Source: an uncultured Chthonomonadaceae bacterium
GTDB lineage: Bacteria; Armatimonadota; Chthonomonadetes; Chthonomonadales; Chthonomonadaceae
Length of the DNA stretch: 64,000 bases
NCBI GenBank assembly: GCA_963835065.1
Contig: CAWIEK010000024.1
Location: forward strand, 88,787-152,786
Reading direction: 5' to 3'
The first letter of the stretch is position 1; the number at the start of each line of letters is the position of its first letter. Both the position numbers and the translations under genes were made by a program. Below are positions 40,715 to 51,510 of the stretch, in pieces. Below the pieces are notes generated by a model. It ran no database searches and was not told the DNA's origin. It saw nothing but the letters and a program-made list of their open reading frames with translations.

Positions 40715-41835
40715 TACGCCTTCTTTTTCTGCTCGGTCTTTGCTCGCAAATCAGGTAACTCTGTAAGTTTTCGACTGTGTTCCTCGCCACTATACAGATG
40801 AATTCGCGCTGCAATGGCTTCTGCCCATTTTGGATCAATCTCCATAGATACGCAGCGCCGCCCCAGTGTAATAGCCGCCATTGCTGTGCTGCCGGAGCCG
40901 GCAAAACAATCAAGGATTATGTCACCCGGAAAACTTGTTGCCTGAATCGCATGTTCGAGCAGGGCAGCAGGTTTTTCGGCTGGATGCTTGCCCTTATACG
41001 GGCGGACGGTCGGAAACGTCCAAAGATCAGTAAACTCCCTTGTAGCATCCATCGTGAAGGGGCGAACCGCATCTTCATACGGCGGCATAAATTCGATTTT
41101 GCCGGTGGCTAGTAATGCCGCACACATCTTGTTGTAGTTCTCACGGCTTGGAATGTTTCGGCCCGCTTCCCAATTAGACACCGAACCGCCATGATTTACC
41201 CTCCCGTGCGCGCCAATAACCTCACACAAATCTTTCGCGCTGATCCCGGCTTTCGCGCGAACGGCTTTGAGGAAATCACCAAATGGCGAACGCCGCAGAT
41301 TGCCTTCACATGCAGGTTCCACAAATAGGATGCGCTCGGTATGGGGATACCATTGTCGAAGCGCCGATTTGTTCATTTTTTGTTTCCAGCCATCGTAGCC
41401 CGGCTCGTTCGGTTTTGTCCACACGATATGTGACAATACGTTGAAGTCTTTGGAAAATAGAACCTCCAATCGGGCAGACATTTCGGAAGCGCAAAAGCAA
41501 AAGAGTGAACCGTTAGGTTTAAGGATACGTTTCCATTCTGTTGCGAGTTGTGCCATCCACTCTAAGTAATGATGGTCTTCCTCAAAGGACGTGTCTCCAT
41601 AAATGTTCTGTTTCTTCGTGGAATGGTAAGGGGGATCCGTAAGAACGAGGGAGACGCTGTGATTTGGTACTCGTCGGAGCAAAGCAAGCGAGTCGCCCTG
41701 CGCAAGTAATGCAAGCGAGGAACAGGCTCGTATAGAGGAACCAAGAGCCTCTTCAATTTTCTGAAAGTCCTGTTCCCGTGTAAATGTCACGCTGTTTTCT
41801 CTTTGTGTGCCAAAGGGATGGCTGGAAGTGTTCAT
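40684..41835 (-). CDS. Amino (m6A/m4C) DNA methyltransferase, beta class, with internal HTH
   Basis: TDPPY precedes HPAEKP and DCFAGSGST; convergent with the endonuclease; start uncertain. Confidence 0.9.
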   Translation of the reverse strand: MNTSSHPFGTQRENSVTFTREQDFQKIEEALGSSIRACSSLALLAQGDSLALLRRVPNHSVSLVLTDPPYHSTKKQNIYGDTSFEEDHHYLEWMAQLATEWKRILKPNGSLFCFCASEMSARLEVLFSKDFNVLSHIVWTKPNEPGYDGWKQKMNKSALRQWYPHTERILFVEPACEGNLRRSPFGDFLKAVRAKAGISAKDLCEVIGAHGRVNHGGSVSNWEAGRNIPSRENYNKMCAALLATGKIEFMPPYEDAVRPFTMDATREFTDLWTFPTVRPYKGKHPAEKPAALLEHAIQATSFPGDIILDCFAGSGSTAMAAITLGRRCVSMEIDPKWAEAIAARIHLYSGEEHSRKLTELPDLRAKTEQKKKAYQLSLLTSSE

Positions 41836-41954
41836 ACGGATACTATAGTGTACGCGCCCTTCGTTTGTCAATCCTACATGTACAAGCCATAAGAGCGTTT
41901 CACTGTACTGAATAGCCGACACTTCGAAACGCAGTCTTATGTTTTCATCCGTCA

Positions 41955-43704
41955 TCAGGCCGTTGCGACGACGGCGTTTTCAAACCCATTGCTGCGGTAT
42001 TGCGCCTCATGCAGACGCTGGTACACGCCGCCTGCGCTCATCAAATCCCGGTGTCGGCCCTGTTCGGCAACCCCGGTTTCATCCACAACCACAATCCGGT
42101 CAGCGTTTTGGATGGTCGCCAGGCGGTGCGCGATAACCAGCGTGGTGCGGCCTACGGCCAGTTCGGAGAGGGACGCCTGTATCGCCCGCTCGGTTTCCGT
42201 GTCCAGCGCGCGATGTCGCTTCATCCAATATCAGGATCGGCGGGTTCTTGAGGAACATGCGGGCAATCGCCAGGCGCTGTTTCTGCCCGCCCGACAGTTT
42301 CACGCCCCGCTCCCCGATGATCGTGTCCAAGCCTTCCGGCAGTTGCGAAATCATGTCGTCCAGCCGCGCCCGCCGCGCCGCTTCCCACAACTCCGCTTCC
42401 GTCGCGTCCAGTTTGCCGTATGCGATGTTGTCGCGGATGGAGCCGGCAAACAGAAACACGTCCTGCTGCACGATGCCGATGTTGCGGCGCAGCGAGGCGA
42501 GGGTCATGTGCCGTATGTCTATGCCGTCAATGGTGATTTGCCCCGCCTCGATCTCGTAAAAGCGCGGCACGAGCGAGCAGATCGTTGTCTTGCCCGCCCC
42601 GCTCGGCCCGACAAACGCGACGGTTTCCCCGGCGGGAATAACAAGATCAATCTCGTTCAGCACCCGCTTATGCGCCTCGTAGCCGAAATTGACGCCCGTA
42701 AAGCGAATGTCGCCGCGCAGATGCCCGACTTCCACCGCGTCCGGCGCGTCAGCAATGTCGGGAACGGTTGCCAGCAGTTCGGTATAGCGCTTGAAGCCCG
42801 CGATGCCTTTGGGGTACGTTTCCAGCACGGCGTTGATTTTTTCTACAGGCCGGAAGAACACGTTGACGAGCAGCAGAAAGCCCATAAACCCGCCGACTGT
42901 CAACTGCCCGCGCAGCACGAAGTACGCGCCCACGATCATTACGAAAAGCTGCACGATCCGCATGGTCATGTAGCTCAGGGACATGCTTTTGGACATCAGG
43001 CGGTAAGCGTCGAGTTTCGTGTCGCGGTATTTCAGGTTGTCTTTGGCAAACAAACTTCGCTCGTGATCTTCATTGGCGAACGCCTGCACCACGCGGATGC
43101 CGCCCACGTTTTCTTCGATCCGCGCATTGAAATTGCCCACCTGGCTGAACAGGGATCGCCACGTTCGCGTCATGGCCGCGCCGTAGCGCGTGGAAATCCA
43201 CGTCATGGGCGGCACGACAAGGCCGGTCAGCAGGGCGAGTTTGGGATTGAGCGCGAACATCAGGAAGAACGACCCTAAAAAGGTCATAATCGCGATAAAA
43301 GCGTCTTCGGGGCCATGATGGGCCACTTCGCCGACTTCTTCGAGGTCTTTGGTAACGCGGGCGACAAGATGGCCGGTCTTCTGGTTGTCGTAAAACCGAA
43401 ACGAAAGTTTTTGCAGATGGTCGAAAATCTTGCGCCGCATTTCGGTTTCGATAGCGATGCCCAGCACATGTCCCCAGTAGTTGACGATGTACTGCAAAAC
43501 CGTATTCAGCAGATAAATGGCGAGCAGGCCAATCGCCGCTCCCATAATCAAGCCCCAATTCTGGCTCGGCAGCAGCCGGTCCACAAACGTTCGCACGGCA
43601 AGCGGAAACGCCAGTTCCAGCAGTCCCGAAACAACGGCGCACGAGAAATCAATCACAAACAAACGCCGGTGCGGGCGATAATACGCAAAAAATTGACGCA
43701 GCAT
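41955..43704 (-). CDS. ABC transporter, fused permease/ATPase (exporter), frameshift near 42210
   Basis: TMD, GPSGAGKT, LSGGQKQR, ILDEATS|ALDTETE, VIAHRL. Confidence 0.92.
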
Positions 43705-43812
43705 ACGCGGTTTTTATTCCTAACTATGGTTGAAAGCCCCTGGCCCTTTGTCTGATTATACCTTGTTGGCGCTAAGGATGGCAGTGAAAGCGCTGAAGCC
43801 AACGTGTTCGGC

Positions 43813-43841
43813 TTGACATGAAGTGCGGTATCCGCTACAAT
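43813..43841 (+). promoter_or_regulatory. Sigma70-type promoter
   Basis: TTGACA-17 bp-TACAAT, 84 bp upstream of the TPR gene. Confidence 0.7.
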
Positions 43842-43924
43842 GAACTATACGAACAACACTATCGCCAACAAAAGGCTGTACAACAGTTATTGAATAGATT
43901 TTTCCACATGGAGTTAAGTTAGCA

Positions 43925-46900
43925 ATGAGTTTTTCCGCTTCGCGTTCCCCTCGTTATACGCTTATCGCGCTTGCCGCGTTATGCCTGCCCCTTTCCGGCA
44001 GAACGCAAAACAGCGCTCCCCCCGCGCCCGCTTCCCCTAATGGGACGAAACCGCCTGCCGCGTCCGCTCCCCCCAACGGCGCGAACCCGCCTGCCGTGTC
44101 CGCTCCCCCCGCTGTCACGCCGGAAATGAAGCAGGCGATTGCTCAATTTCAGGCGGCGGCGAAGTTTCAGCAGGCGCGGAAAGTCCCGCAGGCCATTGCT
44201 GCGTACCGGGAATTCCTGCGTTTGGGCGCAAAAGCCAAATTCAGCGAAAGCATGATGCAGCCCGCGTATGACAACCTGTACCGCTTGTGCCAGGCCACAC
44301 AGGACACGAAGGGCATGGAATTCGCGCTTGGACACCTTGCCGCATTGATGCCGCAAAATCCCGGCATACAGGTGGAATACGCCCTGCTCTATCTCGGCCA
44401 GAAACGCTTTGACGAAGCCGGCAAGTGCGCCGACAAAGCTTTAGCCTTAAAGCCGCCGCCCGTGCTTGCGGCGCAGGCGCACTTTGTGCGTGGGGCTGTC
44501 GCGCACGTCCGCAAGCAGTGGGCGATTGCGGAAAAAGAGTATGCCATCTCCGACAAACTGGTTCCCGGCAACCCGCAGGCGCAATTTAATCTGCTGCTGG
44601 CGCAAAACGAGCAGAAGAAAACCGGACCCGCCATTAAAACGGCGGAAAAACTGCTGAAATCTTCGCCCCGCATGGTTCCCGCGTGGATGCTGCTGGCGAG
44701 TTTGCGGCAGCAGGCCAAAGATTTGCCCGGAGCGATTGCCGCTTACAACGGCGTCCTGAAAATCGAGCCGAAAAACAAATCGGCGCTGTTCAATCGCGCC
44801 CTGCTGGATCAGCAGTTGCTGCGCGTGGATGATGCCATTACCGCGTATGCCGCTTTGCTTGAGGTCGCGCCCAACGATTACACGGCGCATTACAATCTCG
44901 GCCTGCTGTACGCCGGATTGCGCAACTACACCGCCGCGCGGCAGCACTTCGGCGCGGCGGCAGCCGTAAAGCCCAAGGATACCCGCGCCCTGTCCCAACT
45001 GGCACTGAGCGAGCGCGAAGCGGGTTTTAACACGGCGGACCCGAAAGAACGCGCGCGGCTGCTTTCTCAGGCGATTGCGCATTACAAGCAGGCCATTGCC
45101 CTCGATGCCAAAAACATGGATATTACCAACCAACTGGCCGCCCTGTACGAGCGCGACAACCGCTTTGAGGACGCCATTGTTTTGTTTCGGCAGCGGCAGC
45201 AGCAGGATTTGGACAACCCCGAACCATACCATCGGCTGACCGATGCGTATATGGGGATGCGGCGCATGGACGATGCCATTGCCGAGTGGCGCAAGTACCG
45301 CAGCCGTAAGCCCAACGATCCCGTCTCCTACGCCGAAATCGCAAGCATTCAGGAAAGTTTGGGCAAATGGCAGGAAGCCCACGATGAGCGGCTGGAACAA
45401 ATCAAACTTGATCCCAAAGACGGGTTTGCCAAACTGGGACTTGCCCGCGATTTCCGCGAACTCAAGCAGCCCGACAACGCCGCTTCCGAATACCGCCTTG
45501 TCCTCGACATAGACGTGTCCGCCAAAGACGCGGGCGATAAAGAGCGCCTGTACGTCGCCGCCGCCCGCCGCAACTGGCGCTTGAAAGCGTGGCAGGGATT
45601 GTCCGAACTGTCGGCTGCCGACAACAAGTTCGACGAGGCCATCGCGTATCTGCGCAACATTCAGGAAGATACGGTGCAGCAGGCCAGGCGCGACCAGAAA
45701 CTGCCTGACGCGCAGACCTATCTCGATATTGCCGGCCTGTACGAGCGCGCCAAACAACCCGATAAGGCGCGGCAGGAACTCAAAGCCTTGACCGACGCCC
45801 GCCCCGACGACGACAAAGCCTTTGCCGCCCTTTCCGCCTTTGAAGAGCGACAGGGCAATACGGAAGCCGCCGTCACCGCCCTGCACCGCGCCGAGGAACG
45901 CTCGCCCGACCCTGTTTCCTATGGCCTGCAAAGCGCGAACTTGTACCAGAAACACAATCTGCCCGACAAGACCCTTGCCGAGTACGCCCGCCTGCTGGAA
46001 AAGCATCCCAAAGACGCCCGCGTTCTCACGCCCTACGCCGACACGCTCGGACAGGCCGGCAACGACGCCCGCGCCCTTCCCATTTATGACTCTATGCTCA
46101 AAGCCGCGCCCAAAGACGTAAGGTTGCTGGACAGAAAAGCCATTGCGCTGACCCGCTTGAAGCGCATACCGGAAGCGCGCGCCGTTCGCCAGAAGATCGT
46201 GGACATCACCCCGGACGATTACCAGGCGTATGCCAACGTGCAGTACCTGTATACGCTGGAAAACAAACCGGAAGCGTACCGGCAATGGCTTGCGCCCCGC
46301 GTGGCGGATGATCCCGCAGGCCAAACCGCCCAATCCGCTCTGGTAGACGCCTACGCGCAGCAGAAATTGGAAGATGACGGCTGGAAATTGCTGCAAAGCA
46401 TTGTGGACAAGCACAAGAACGACCCCGACGTACAGGAAGCCTATATCGCCGTCCTTACGCAGCACAAGCGCTTTCCCCAGGCCATTGAGCGCCGCCGCGT
46501 CCTCGCGCAGTCCAAACCCGGCGACCTGAACGAGCAGATAAAATTGGCCGACCTGCTGGCAAGCAGCGGCAATATGGGCGAAGGCAACCACGTTTTTCTC
46601 GCCATGACGGAACGCGCCGATGTGCCCGTTCCCACGAAAACGCAGGCGCGGCGCGTCCTTGCGCAGCGTTACGAGAAGCAGGGCGCAGTGGAAGATGCCA
46701 TTACGCAGTACAAGGCCATCGTCCAATCGGAGCCACAGGATTTAACGTCCACCTTCGCCCTCGGACGCCTGCTCGCCCAGGCCGGCCACGACGCGGAAGC
46801 CATGACGTTTTACGCCACCCACGCCAAAGACCCAAAAGCGCCCGCCCTGCTCCGCGCCTACTATTTCATGCGCCTGGGCGGCGTGTATGAAAAGCAGGGA

Positions 46901-47005
46901 CACAAGGACGAAGCCCTCGCCCAGTACCGCGAAGCCGCCCGCATCTACCCAAAAAGCGAGGAAGCCACCGCCGCCATCGCCCGCCTGACGCCAAGCAACA
47001 AGTAG
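43925..47005 (+). CDS. Exported tetratricopeptide-repeat protein (1026 aa)
   Basis: Signal peptide, Pro/Ala linker, many TPR units (AHYNLGLLY, YKQAIALD). Confidence 0.88.
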   Translation: MSFSASRSPRYTLIALAALCLPLSGRTQNSAPPAPASPNGTKPPAASAPPNGANPPAVSAPPAVTPEMKQAIAQFQAAAKFQQARKVPQAIAAYREFLRLGAKAKFSESMMQPAYDNLYRLCQATQDTKGMEFALGHLAALMPQNPGIQVEYALLYLGQKRFDEAGKCADKALALKPPPVLAAQAHFVRGAVAHVRKQWAIAEKEYAISDKLVPGNPQAQFNLLLAQNEQKKTGPAIKTAEKLLKSSPRMVPAWMLLASLRQQAKDLPGAIAAYNGVLKIEPKNKSALFNRALLDQQLLRVDDAITAYAALLEVAPNDYTAHYNLGLLYAGLRNYTAARQHFGAAAAVKPKDTRALSQLALSEREAGFNTADPKERARLLSQAIAHYKQAIALDAKNMDITNQLAALYERDNRFEDAIVLFRQRQQQDLDNPEPYHRLTDAYMGMRRMDDAIAEWRKYRSRKPNDPVSYAEIASIQESLGKWQEAHDERLEQIKLDPKDGFAKLGLARDFRELKQPDNAASEYRLVLDIDVSAKDAGDKERLYVAAARRNWRLKAWQGLSELSAADNKFDEAIAYLRNIQEDTVQQARRDQKLPDAQTYLDIAGLYERAKQPDKARQELKALTDARPDDDKAFAALSAFEERQGNTEAAVTALHRAEERSPDPVSYGLQSANLYQKHNLPDKTLAEYARLLEKHPKDARVLTPYADTLGQAGNDARALPIYDSMLKAAPKDVRLLDRKAIALTRLKRIPEARAVRQKIVDITPDDYQAYANVQYLYTLENKPEAYRQWLAPRVADDPAGQTAQSALVDAYAQQKLEDDGWKLLQSIVDKHKNDPDVQEAYIAVLTQHKRFPQAIERRRVLAQSKPGDLNEQIKLADLLASSGNMGEGNHVFLAMTERADVPVPTKTQARRVLAQRYEKQGAVEDAITQYKAIVQSEPQDLTSTFALGRLLAQAGHDAEAMTFYATHAKDPKAPALLRAYYFMRLGGVYEKQGHKDEALAQYREAARIYPKSEEATAAIARLTPSNK

Positions 47006-47083
47006 GTGTCAGGTGTCAGGTATCAGGTGTCAGGGAAATTCTTAATACCCACACCTGACACCTGACACCTGACACCTGACACC
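47004..47083. repeat. Inverted pair (GTGTCAG)4 ... (CACCTGA)4
   Basis: aggtgtcaggtgtcaggtatcaggtgtcagg ... acacctgacacctgacacctgacacctgacacct. Confidence 0.85.
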
Positions 47084-47104
47084 TTTCTGCATAGGAGACG
47101 CCCT

Positions 47105-48628
47105 TTGAACGCTGTGCCTTCCGAAACCAAATTGTCCGCCGTTCCCGCTCTGGAAATGCGGCACATCAGCAAGTCGTACCCCGGCGTACAGGCGATTAAA
47201 GATGTGTCGCTGAGTGTCAGCGAAGGGGAAATCCATGCCCTGCTTGGCGAGAACGGCGCGGGCAAATCCACGCTGATGAAGATTCTGGCGGGCGCGGAAC
47301 ACCGCGACGGCGGCGAAATCCTGATTGACGGCAAGCCTGTTTCCATTGAAAGCCCGCAAAAGGCGATGGAATTGGGCGTATCCATCATCTATCAGGAATT
47401 CAATCTGGTTCCCTATCTCAGCGCGGGCGAAAACATCTATCTGGGCCGCGAACCCCGCGCCGCCCTGCCCGGCTTCGTGGATTTCAAGACCCTGTACCGG
47501 GAAGCGCAAAAGGTGCTGGACGCGCTTGGCGTTCGCATTGACGCCCGAACGCCCGTCAACCAACTCAGCGTGGCGCAGCAGCAGATGGTGGAAATCGGCA
47601 AGGCAACAAGCAAAAAAGCCCGTATTATCGTGATGGACGAGCCGAGCGCGACCCTGACCGACCATGAACTTGTCGCCCTCTTCGGCCTGATGCGGCAACT
47701 GAAAAGCCAGGGCGTAAGCATCATTTACATTTCGCACCGATTGGAAGAAGTGTTCGAGGTGTGCGACCGGGCCACCATCATGCGCGACGGAACCCATATC
47801 GCCACAAGGGATGTAAAGGATTTGACCCGCGACGAGATTATCCGCCTGATGGTGGGCCGCGAACTCAAAGACGCCATTCCCAAAGTGCCCGCCAAACTCG
47901 GCCCGCCCGCGCTTGCCGTGAAACATCTCAACCGCACGGGCGTTCTGCACGACATCAACTTTGAAGTGCGGCAGGGCGAAGTATTGGGGATTGCCGGACT
48001 GGTGGGCGCGGGCCGCACGGAAACCGCCCGCGTGATCTTCGGAGCCGACGCGCTGGACAGCGGCACGATTGAAGTGTTCGGCAAGCCCGTCACCATCCGT
48101 TCGCCTCAGGACGCCATTCGGCACGGCATCGGGCTGGTCACGGAGGATAGAAAGCAGCAGGGATTGGTATTAGGCATGGCGGTGCGCGAAAACAATACCC
48201 TTGCCAACCTGGGTTCGCTTTCCGTCGCCGGTTTCATCAAGCGCAAGGCGGAAAGAAGCGCGGCGGAAGAATACAAGCAGAGCCTGTCTATTAAGACGCC
48301 GACGATTGAGCAGACGGTGCAGAACCTGTCGGGCGGCAATCAGCAAAAGGTGGTTCTCGCCAAATGGTTGTTTACGGGTTCCAAAATCCTGATTTTCGAT
48401 GAGCCGACGCGCGGCATTGACGTGGGAGCCAAAAGCGAGATTTACAAGCTGATGAACGAACTGGCGGCAACCGGCGTCGCTATCATTATGATCTCCTCGG
48501 AACTCCCGGAAGTGCTGGGCATGAGCGACCGTATTCTGGTTATGCACGAAGGCCGCATTACAGGCGAACTGTCCCGCGCCGAAGCCACGCAGGAAAAAAT
48601 CATGACGCTGGCAACCGGCGGCGAGTAA
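47105..48628 (+). CDS. Sugar ABC transporter ATP-binding protein (RbsA/MglA type)
   Basis: GENGAGKSTL, MDEPSA, GLVGAGRTE, LSGGNQQKV, DEPTRGIDVGAK. Confidence 0.95.
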   Translation: MNAVPSETKLSAVPALEMRHISKSYPGVQAIKDVSLSVSEGEIHALLGENGAGKSTLMKILAGAEHRDGGEILIDGKPVSIESPQKAMELGVSIIYQEFNLVPYLSAGENIYLGREPRAALPGFVDFKTLYREAQKVLDALGVRIDARTPVNQLSVAQQQMVEIGKATSKKARIIVMDEPSATLTDHELVALFGLMRQLKSQGVSIIYISHRLEEVFEVCDRATIMRDGTHIATRDVKDLTRDEIIRLMVGRELKDAIPKVPAKLGPPALAVKHLNRTGVLHDINFEVRQGEVLGIAGLVGAGRTETARVIFGADALDSGTIEVFGKPVTIRSPQDAIRHGIGLVTEDRKQQGLVLGMAVRENNTLANLGSLSVAGFIKRKAERSAAEEYKQSLSIKTPTIEQTVQNLSGGNQQKVVLAKWLFTGSKILIFDEPTRGIDVGAKSEIYKLMNELAATGVAIIMISSELPEVLGMSDRILVMHEGRITGELSRAEATQEKIMTLATGGE

Positions 48629-48655
48629 AAAACTTTTTACTTGAGGAGTTTCTCA

Positions 48656-49255
48656 ATGGCTGAAGAACCATACAACTATCCTTCTACAACGCCGCCACAG
48701 GCTTATCCTGCACCGCAGCCAACATCCTACGCGCCGCAGGCCGCTCCTGCCTATCAGCAGACGGCGTACGTGCCGCAGCCGGCGAAGCCCATACGGAAAG
48801 GACGGGGCGGCAGCGCTTTGATGGTGTGGCTGTTGGGGGGATGCGGCGTGATTGCGATCATCTTCATTGTCAGCGTCGCGTACTTCACCATGAATGTCGG
48901 CAAAACAATCAGCGATTCTACCGCCGGCCTGCCGAGCGCGGAGCAAAATCTGCTGGAAATACGCGATGCGCTGGACACATACACACAGGAGCATGACGGC
49001 CGCTATCCGCCCACGCTGGACAAGATTGTTGATTCCAAACTCCTCGCGTATACTTCCTCAAAGGGCGCGAAAGTGTACGTCGAGTACACGCCCCCGGATT
49101 ATCATTCGGCAGCGGACGCAGGCGTAGCCGGGTTTTACCTGGGCGACATGATGAAGATGCGCGGCGTGGTAGATCAACGATTGTACATTCGCCTGCTGAA
49201 AAACGGCACACTGGTTCAGGAGCAAATCACGCGATCACCAATCCAGGGGCAGTAG
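48656..49255 (+). CDS. Hypothetical single-pass membrane protein
   Basis: Pro/Gln/Tyr-rich N-terminus, TM (WLLGGCGVIAII), pilin-like segment ALDTYTQEHDGRYPPTL; GAGGAG RBS. Confidence 0.7.
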   Translation: MAEEPYNYPSTTPPQAYPAPQPTSYAPQAAPAYQQTAYVPQPAKPIRKGRGGSALMVWLLGGCGVIAIIFIVSVAYFTMNVGKTISDSTAGLPSAEQNLLEIRDALDTYTQEHDGRYPPTLDKIVDSKLLAYTSSKGAKVYVEYTPPDYHSAADAGVAGFYLGDMMKMRGVVDQRLYIRLLKNGTLVQEQITRSPIQGQ

Positions 49256-49418
49256 TTCTCTGGTTAGACTTAATCGGCTTCAAGGCCCGTCTGTTACCCT
49301 GTTATGAATGGGGAACAAGGCGGGCTATTCCACGTCTGCTTTACAGGCAAAGTACCCACTATCCGGTCAATCCTTCATGTCCATCAGCTTACCGTTCAGC
49401 AAACAAAGGCTCGTAAAA

Positions 49419-50783
49419 ATGGCACGTAAATCACCGTCTCGACGAGCGGTTAATCAGGCGCGGACGCAGCAGGCGGTTCGCAGCGCGGTTGCCGAAGTGA
49501 AAAGCGCCGCGCACCCGTCCAAAACGCCGCCGAAAAAAAGCGGTTTCTCGTGGCTGGCGGCGTTGGGCGCGGGCGCAATGGTTGTCTGGAAAAGCTGGAA
49601 GGCCGGTAAGGAACCGCCGCCGATGGGCTATGACAACGATGAGGCCACGCGGCTTCACGCGCAGCTTGAACGCGAATCGCGGCAGGGAACTCCTCTCGCT
49701 TCTGTTTCCCGCGAACGCGAACAGAATGGCGCATCGCAATCAGGCCGGCGCTCCGGCAATGTGGCTGTGCGCGACAGCAAGCCAAAGGAAGTACCCACCG
49801 GCGCGGATAGCGGGCGTAATTCTTCCGGCAAGGACAGCCGCGACTATCAGGAGCGTTCACTCACAGGTTCGCAGGACGCGCCCAAAATTGACACCGGCTT
49901 GCTTGCGCTGGCAAAAGAGTTTTACAAGCGCTTCAGCCAGGATGAGGTCACGACGCGGGCTGCCGCGCTTGCGTTTGTGGGCGTGTTCTCGCTTGTGCCC
50001 ATTCTGCTGTTTGCCATTGTCGCGCTCGGATTCGTGTTCCGCGACCCCGCCGAAGCCAACAAGCATGTCCAGAACTTTGTCGCGCAAATGCTGCCGGGCG
50101 AGTCGGCCTCGCGCGCCGCCAATGATGTCCTGGCGCAAACCCATATTGTGGAAACCGCGCAGGGTATGACGCGAAATGTCGGCTTGCCCCTTTTCATTGG
50201 TATTGGTTCGCTGCTGTGGGCGGGCATTTCCCTGTTTGCTACCGCCGCCACGCCGATAAACGATGCCTGGGACGTGACCGAAACGCGCAGTTTTCTCAAA
50301 CTGCACCTGACGGCGTTTGGCGTGTTTTTGTCCGCCGGACTGGTGTTTTTGCTTTCCCTGGCCGCCACCGCTCTGCCCAGCGTGGTCAGCGGCTTAAACC
50401 TGCCGTTCTTCGGCGCGGAGGGCATCGTGCCGCTGTGGATGAATGTGCTGACAAAACTCCTTGCCATCGCGCTTGACGCCGCCATGTTCGTGCTGATTTA
50501 CAAACTGCTGCCCAACGCGAAAGTCACGTGGAAAGCGGCACTGTTCAGCGGCGTTGTTACAGGGCTGTCATGGGAAGCCTTCAAAATAGGATTCGGGTAC
50601 TATTTGACGCACTTCGGCGCGAACAGCAACAAACTCTATGGGGCGCTTGGCGGCGTGTTCCTGCTCATTACATGGATTTACTATTCCTGCATCGTGCTGC
50701 TGTCGGGAGCCGAACTTGGAAAAATGTACCACGAACATAAAGAAGAAGGCGGCGTGACACAACGAACTCCCCGCGCGGCGTAA
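49419..50783 (+). CDS. YihY/BrkB family membrane protein
   Basis: AAALAF..FSLVP, YKLLP, W.AAL.GV, YGALGGV..L.WIYYS..L.GAE. Confidence 0.88.
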   Translation: MARKSPSRRAVNQARTQQAVRSAVAEVKSAAHPSKTPPKKSGFSWLAALGAGAMVVWKSWKAGKEPPPMGYDNDEATRLHAQLERESRQGTPLASVSREREQNGASQSGRRSGNVAVRDSKPKEVPTGADSGRNSSGKDSRDYQERSLTGSQDAPKIDTGLLALAKEFYKRFSQDEVTTRAAALAFVGVFSLVPILLFAIVALGFVFRDPAEANKHVQNFVAQMLPGESASRAANDVLAQTHIVETAQGMTRNVGLPLFIGIGSLLWAGISLFATAATPINDAWDVTETRSFLKLHLTAFGVFLSAGLVFLLSLAATALPSVVSGLNLPFFGAEGIVPLWMNVLTKLLAIALDAAMFVLIYKLLPNAKVTWKAALFSGVVTGLSWEAFKIGFGYYLTHFGANSNKLYGALGGVFLLITWIYYSCIVLLSGAELGKMYHEHKEEGGVTQRTPRAA

Positions 50784-50820
50784 ATAGCGGGAACCGACTA
50801 CATTACGGGAACTTGATTGG

Positions 50821-50865
50821 AGCCGTTACGTCATTTCAGCGGGTAATGATGTGACGGCTTTCTGC
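50821..50865 (+). terminator. Hairpin, putative terminator
   Basis: AGCCGTTACGTCATT ... AATGATGTGACGGCT followed by TTCT. Confidence 0.4.
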
Positions 50866-50914
50866 TTTGGCAGGGGGCAGTCAGCATCGTTCCAACGATT
50901 TCAAGGAGAAAACT

Positions 50915-51433
50915 ATGCCGGCAACTATCGAAAAGAACGCAGACCATGAGGAACAGATCAAGAAAATCAATGGTCTAATTAAAGACATACGCTTCGCTAT
51001 GTTGACGACGGAAGAAGAGGACGGCAGCCTGCGCAGCCGCCCGATGGCGACGCAGGAAGAAGAATTCGACGGTACGCTGTGGTTCTTCACGTATGCGGAT
51101 TCGGGCAAGGTGTTCGAGGTGCAGCACGATAAGCACGTCAACGTCAGCTATGCCAATCCCAACGCCAACTCGTATGTGTCCATATCGGGCACGGCGCGGC
51201 TGATACGCGACCGGGAAAAAGCGCGCGAACTCTGGAAGCCCGCCCTCAAAGCCTGGTTCCCACAGGGCACGGACGACCCCAACCTCGCCCTGCTGAAAGT
51301 GGATGTGGACAAAGCGGAATACTGGGACAGCCCCTCCAATAAAATCGTGATTGCCATTGGCCTGGTCAAAGCCATTGCCACCGGCAAGCCCGCCAACAAT
51401 ATCGGGGAGAATAAGGAAGTGGTTTTAAAGTAG
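50915..51433 (+). CDS. Pyridoxamine 5'-phosphate oxidase-like / general stress protein 26
   Basis: IRFAMLTT, SRPMATQ, LWFFT, YVSISG, AWFP.G.DDP, AEYWD; AAGGAG RBS. Confidence 0.9.
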   Translation: MPATIEKNADHEEQIKKINGLIKDIRFAMLTTEEEDGSLRSRPMATQEEEFDGTLWFFTYADSGKVFEVQHDKHVNVSYANPNANSYVSISGTARLIRDREKARELWKPALKAWFPQGTDDPNLALLKVDVDKAEYWDSPSNKIVIAIGLVKAIATGKPANNIGENKEVVLK

Positions 51434-51510
51434 GCAAACACGTAGATAGGTAGATGGTAGATAGGTAGATTATAATCTATGGCTGTTTCCCTTTCTCATC
51501 GTATGATGCG

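Noticed and set aside
41989..43278. 429-aa plus-strand ORF (also 1889..3178, 13268..14509, 22015..23451, 56265..57443)
   Set aside because: Antisense shadows of well-supported genes.
44447..46726. 759-aa minus-strand ORF
   Set aside because: Antisense shadow of the TPR gene with no recognisable motifs; typical of GC-rich DNA.
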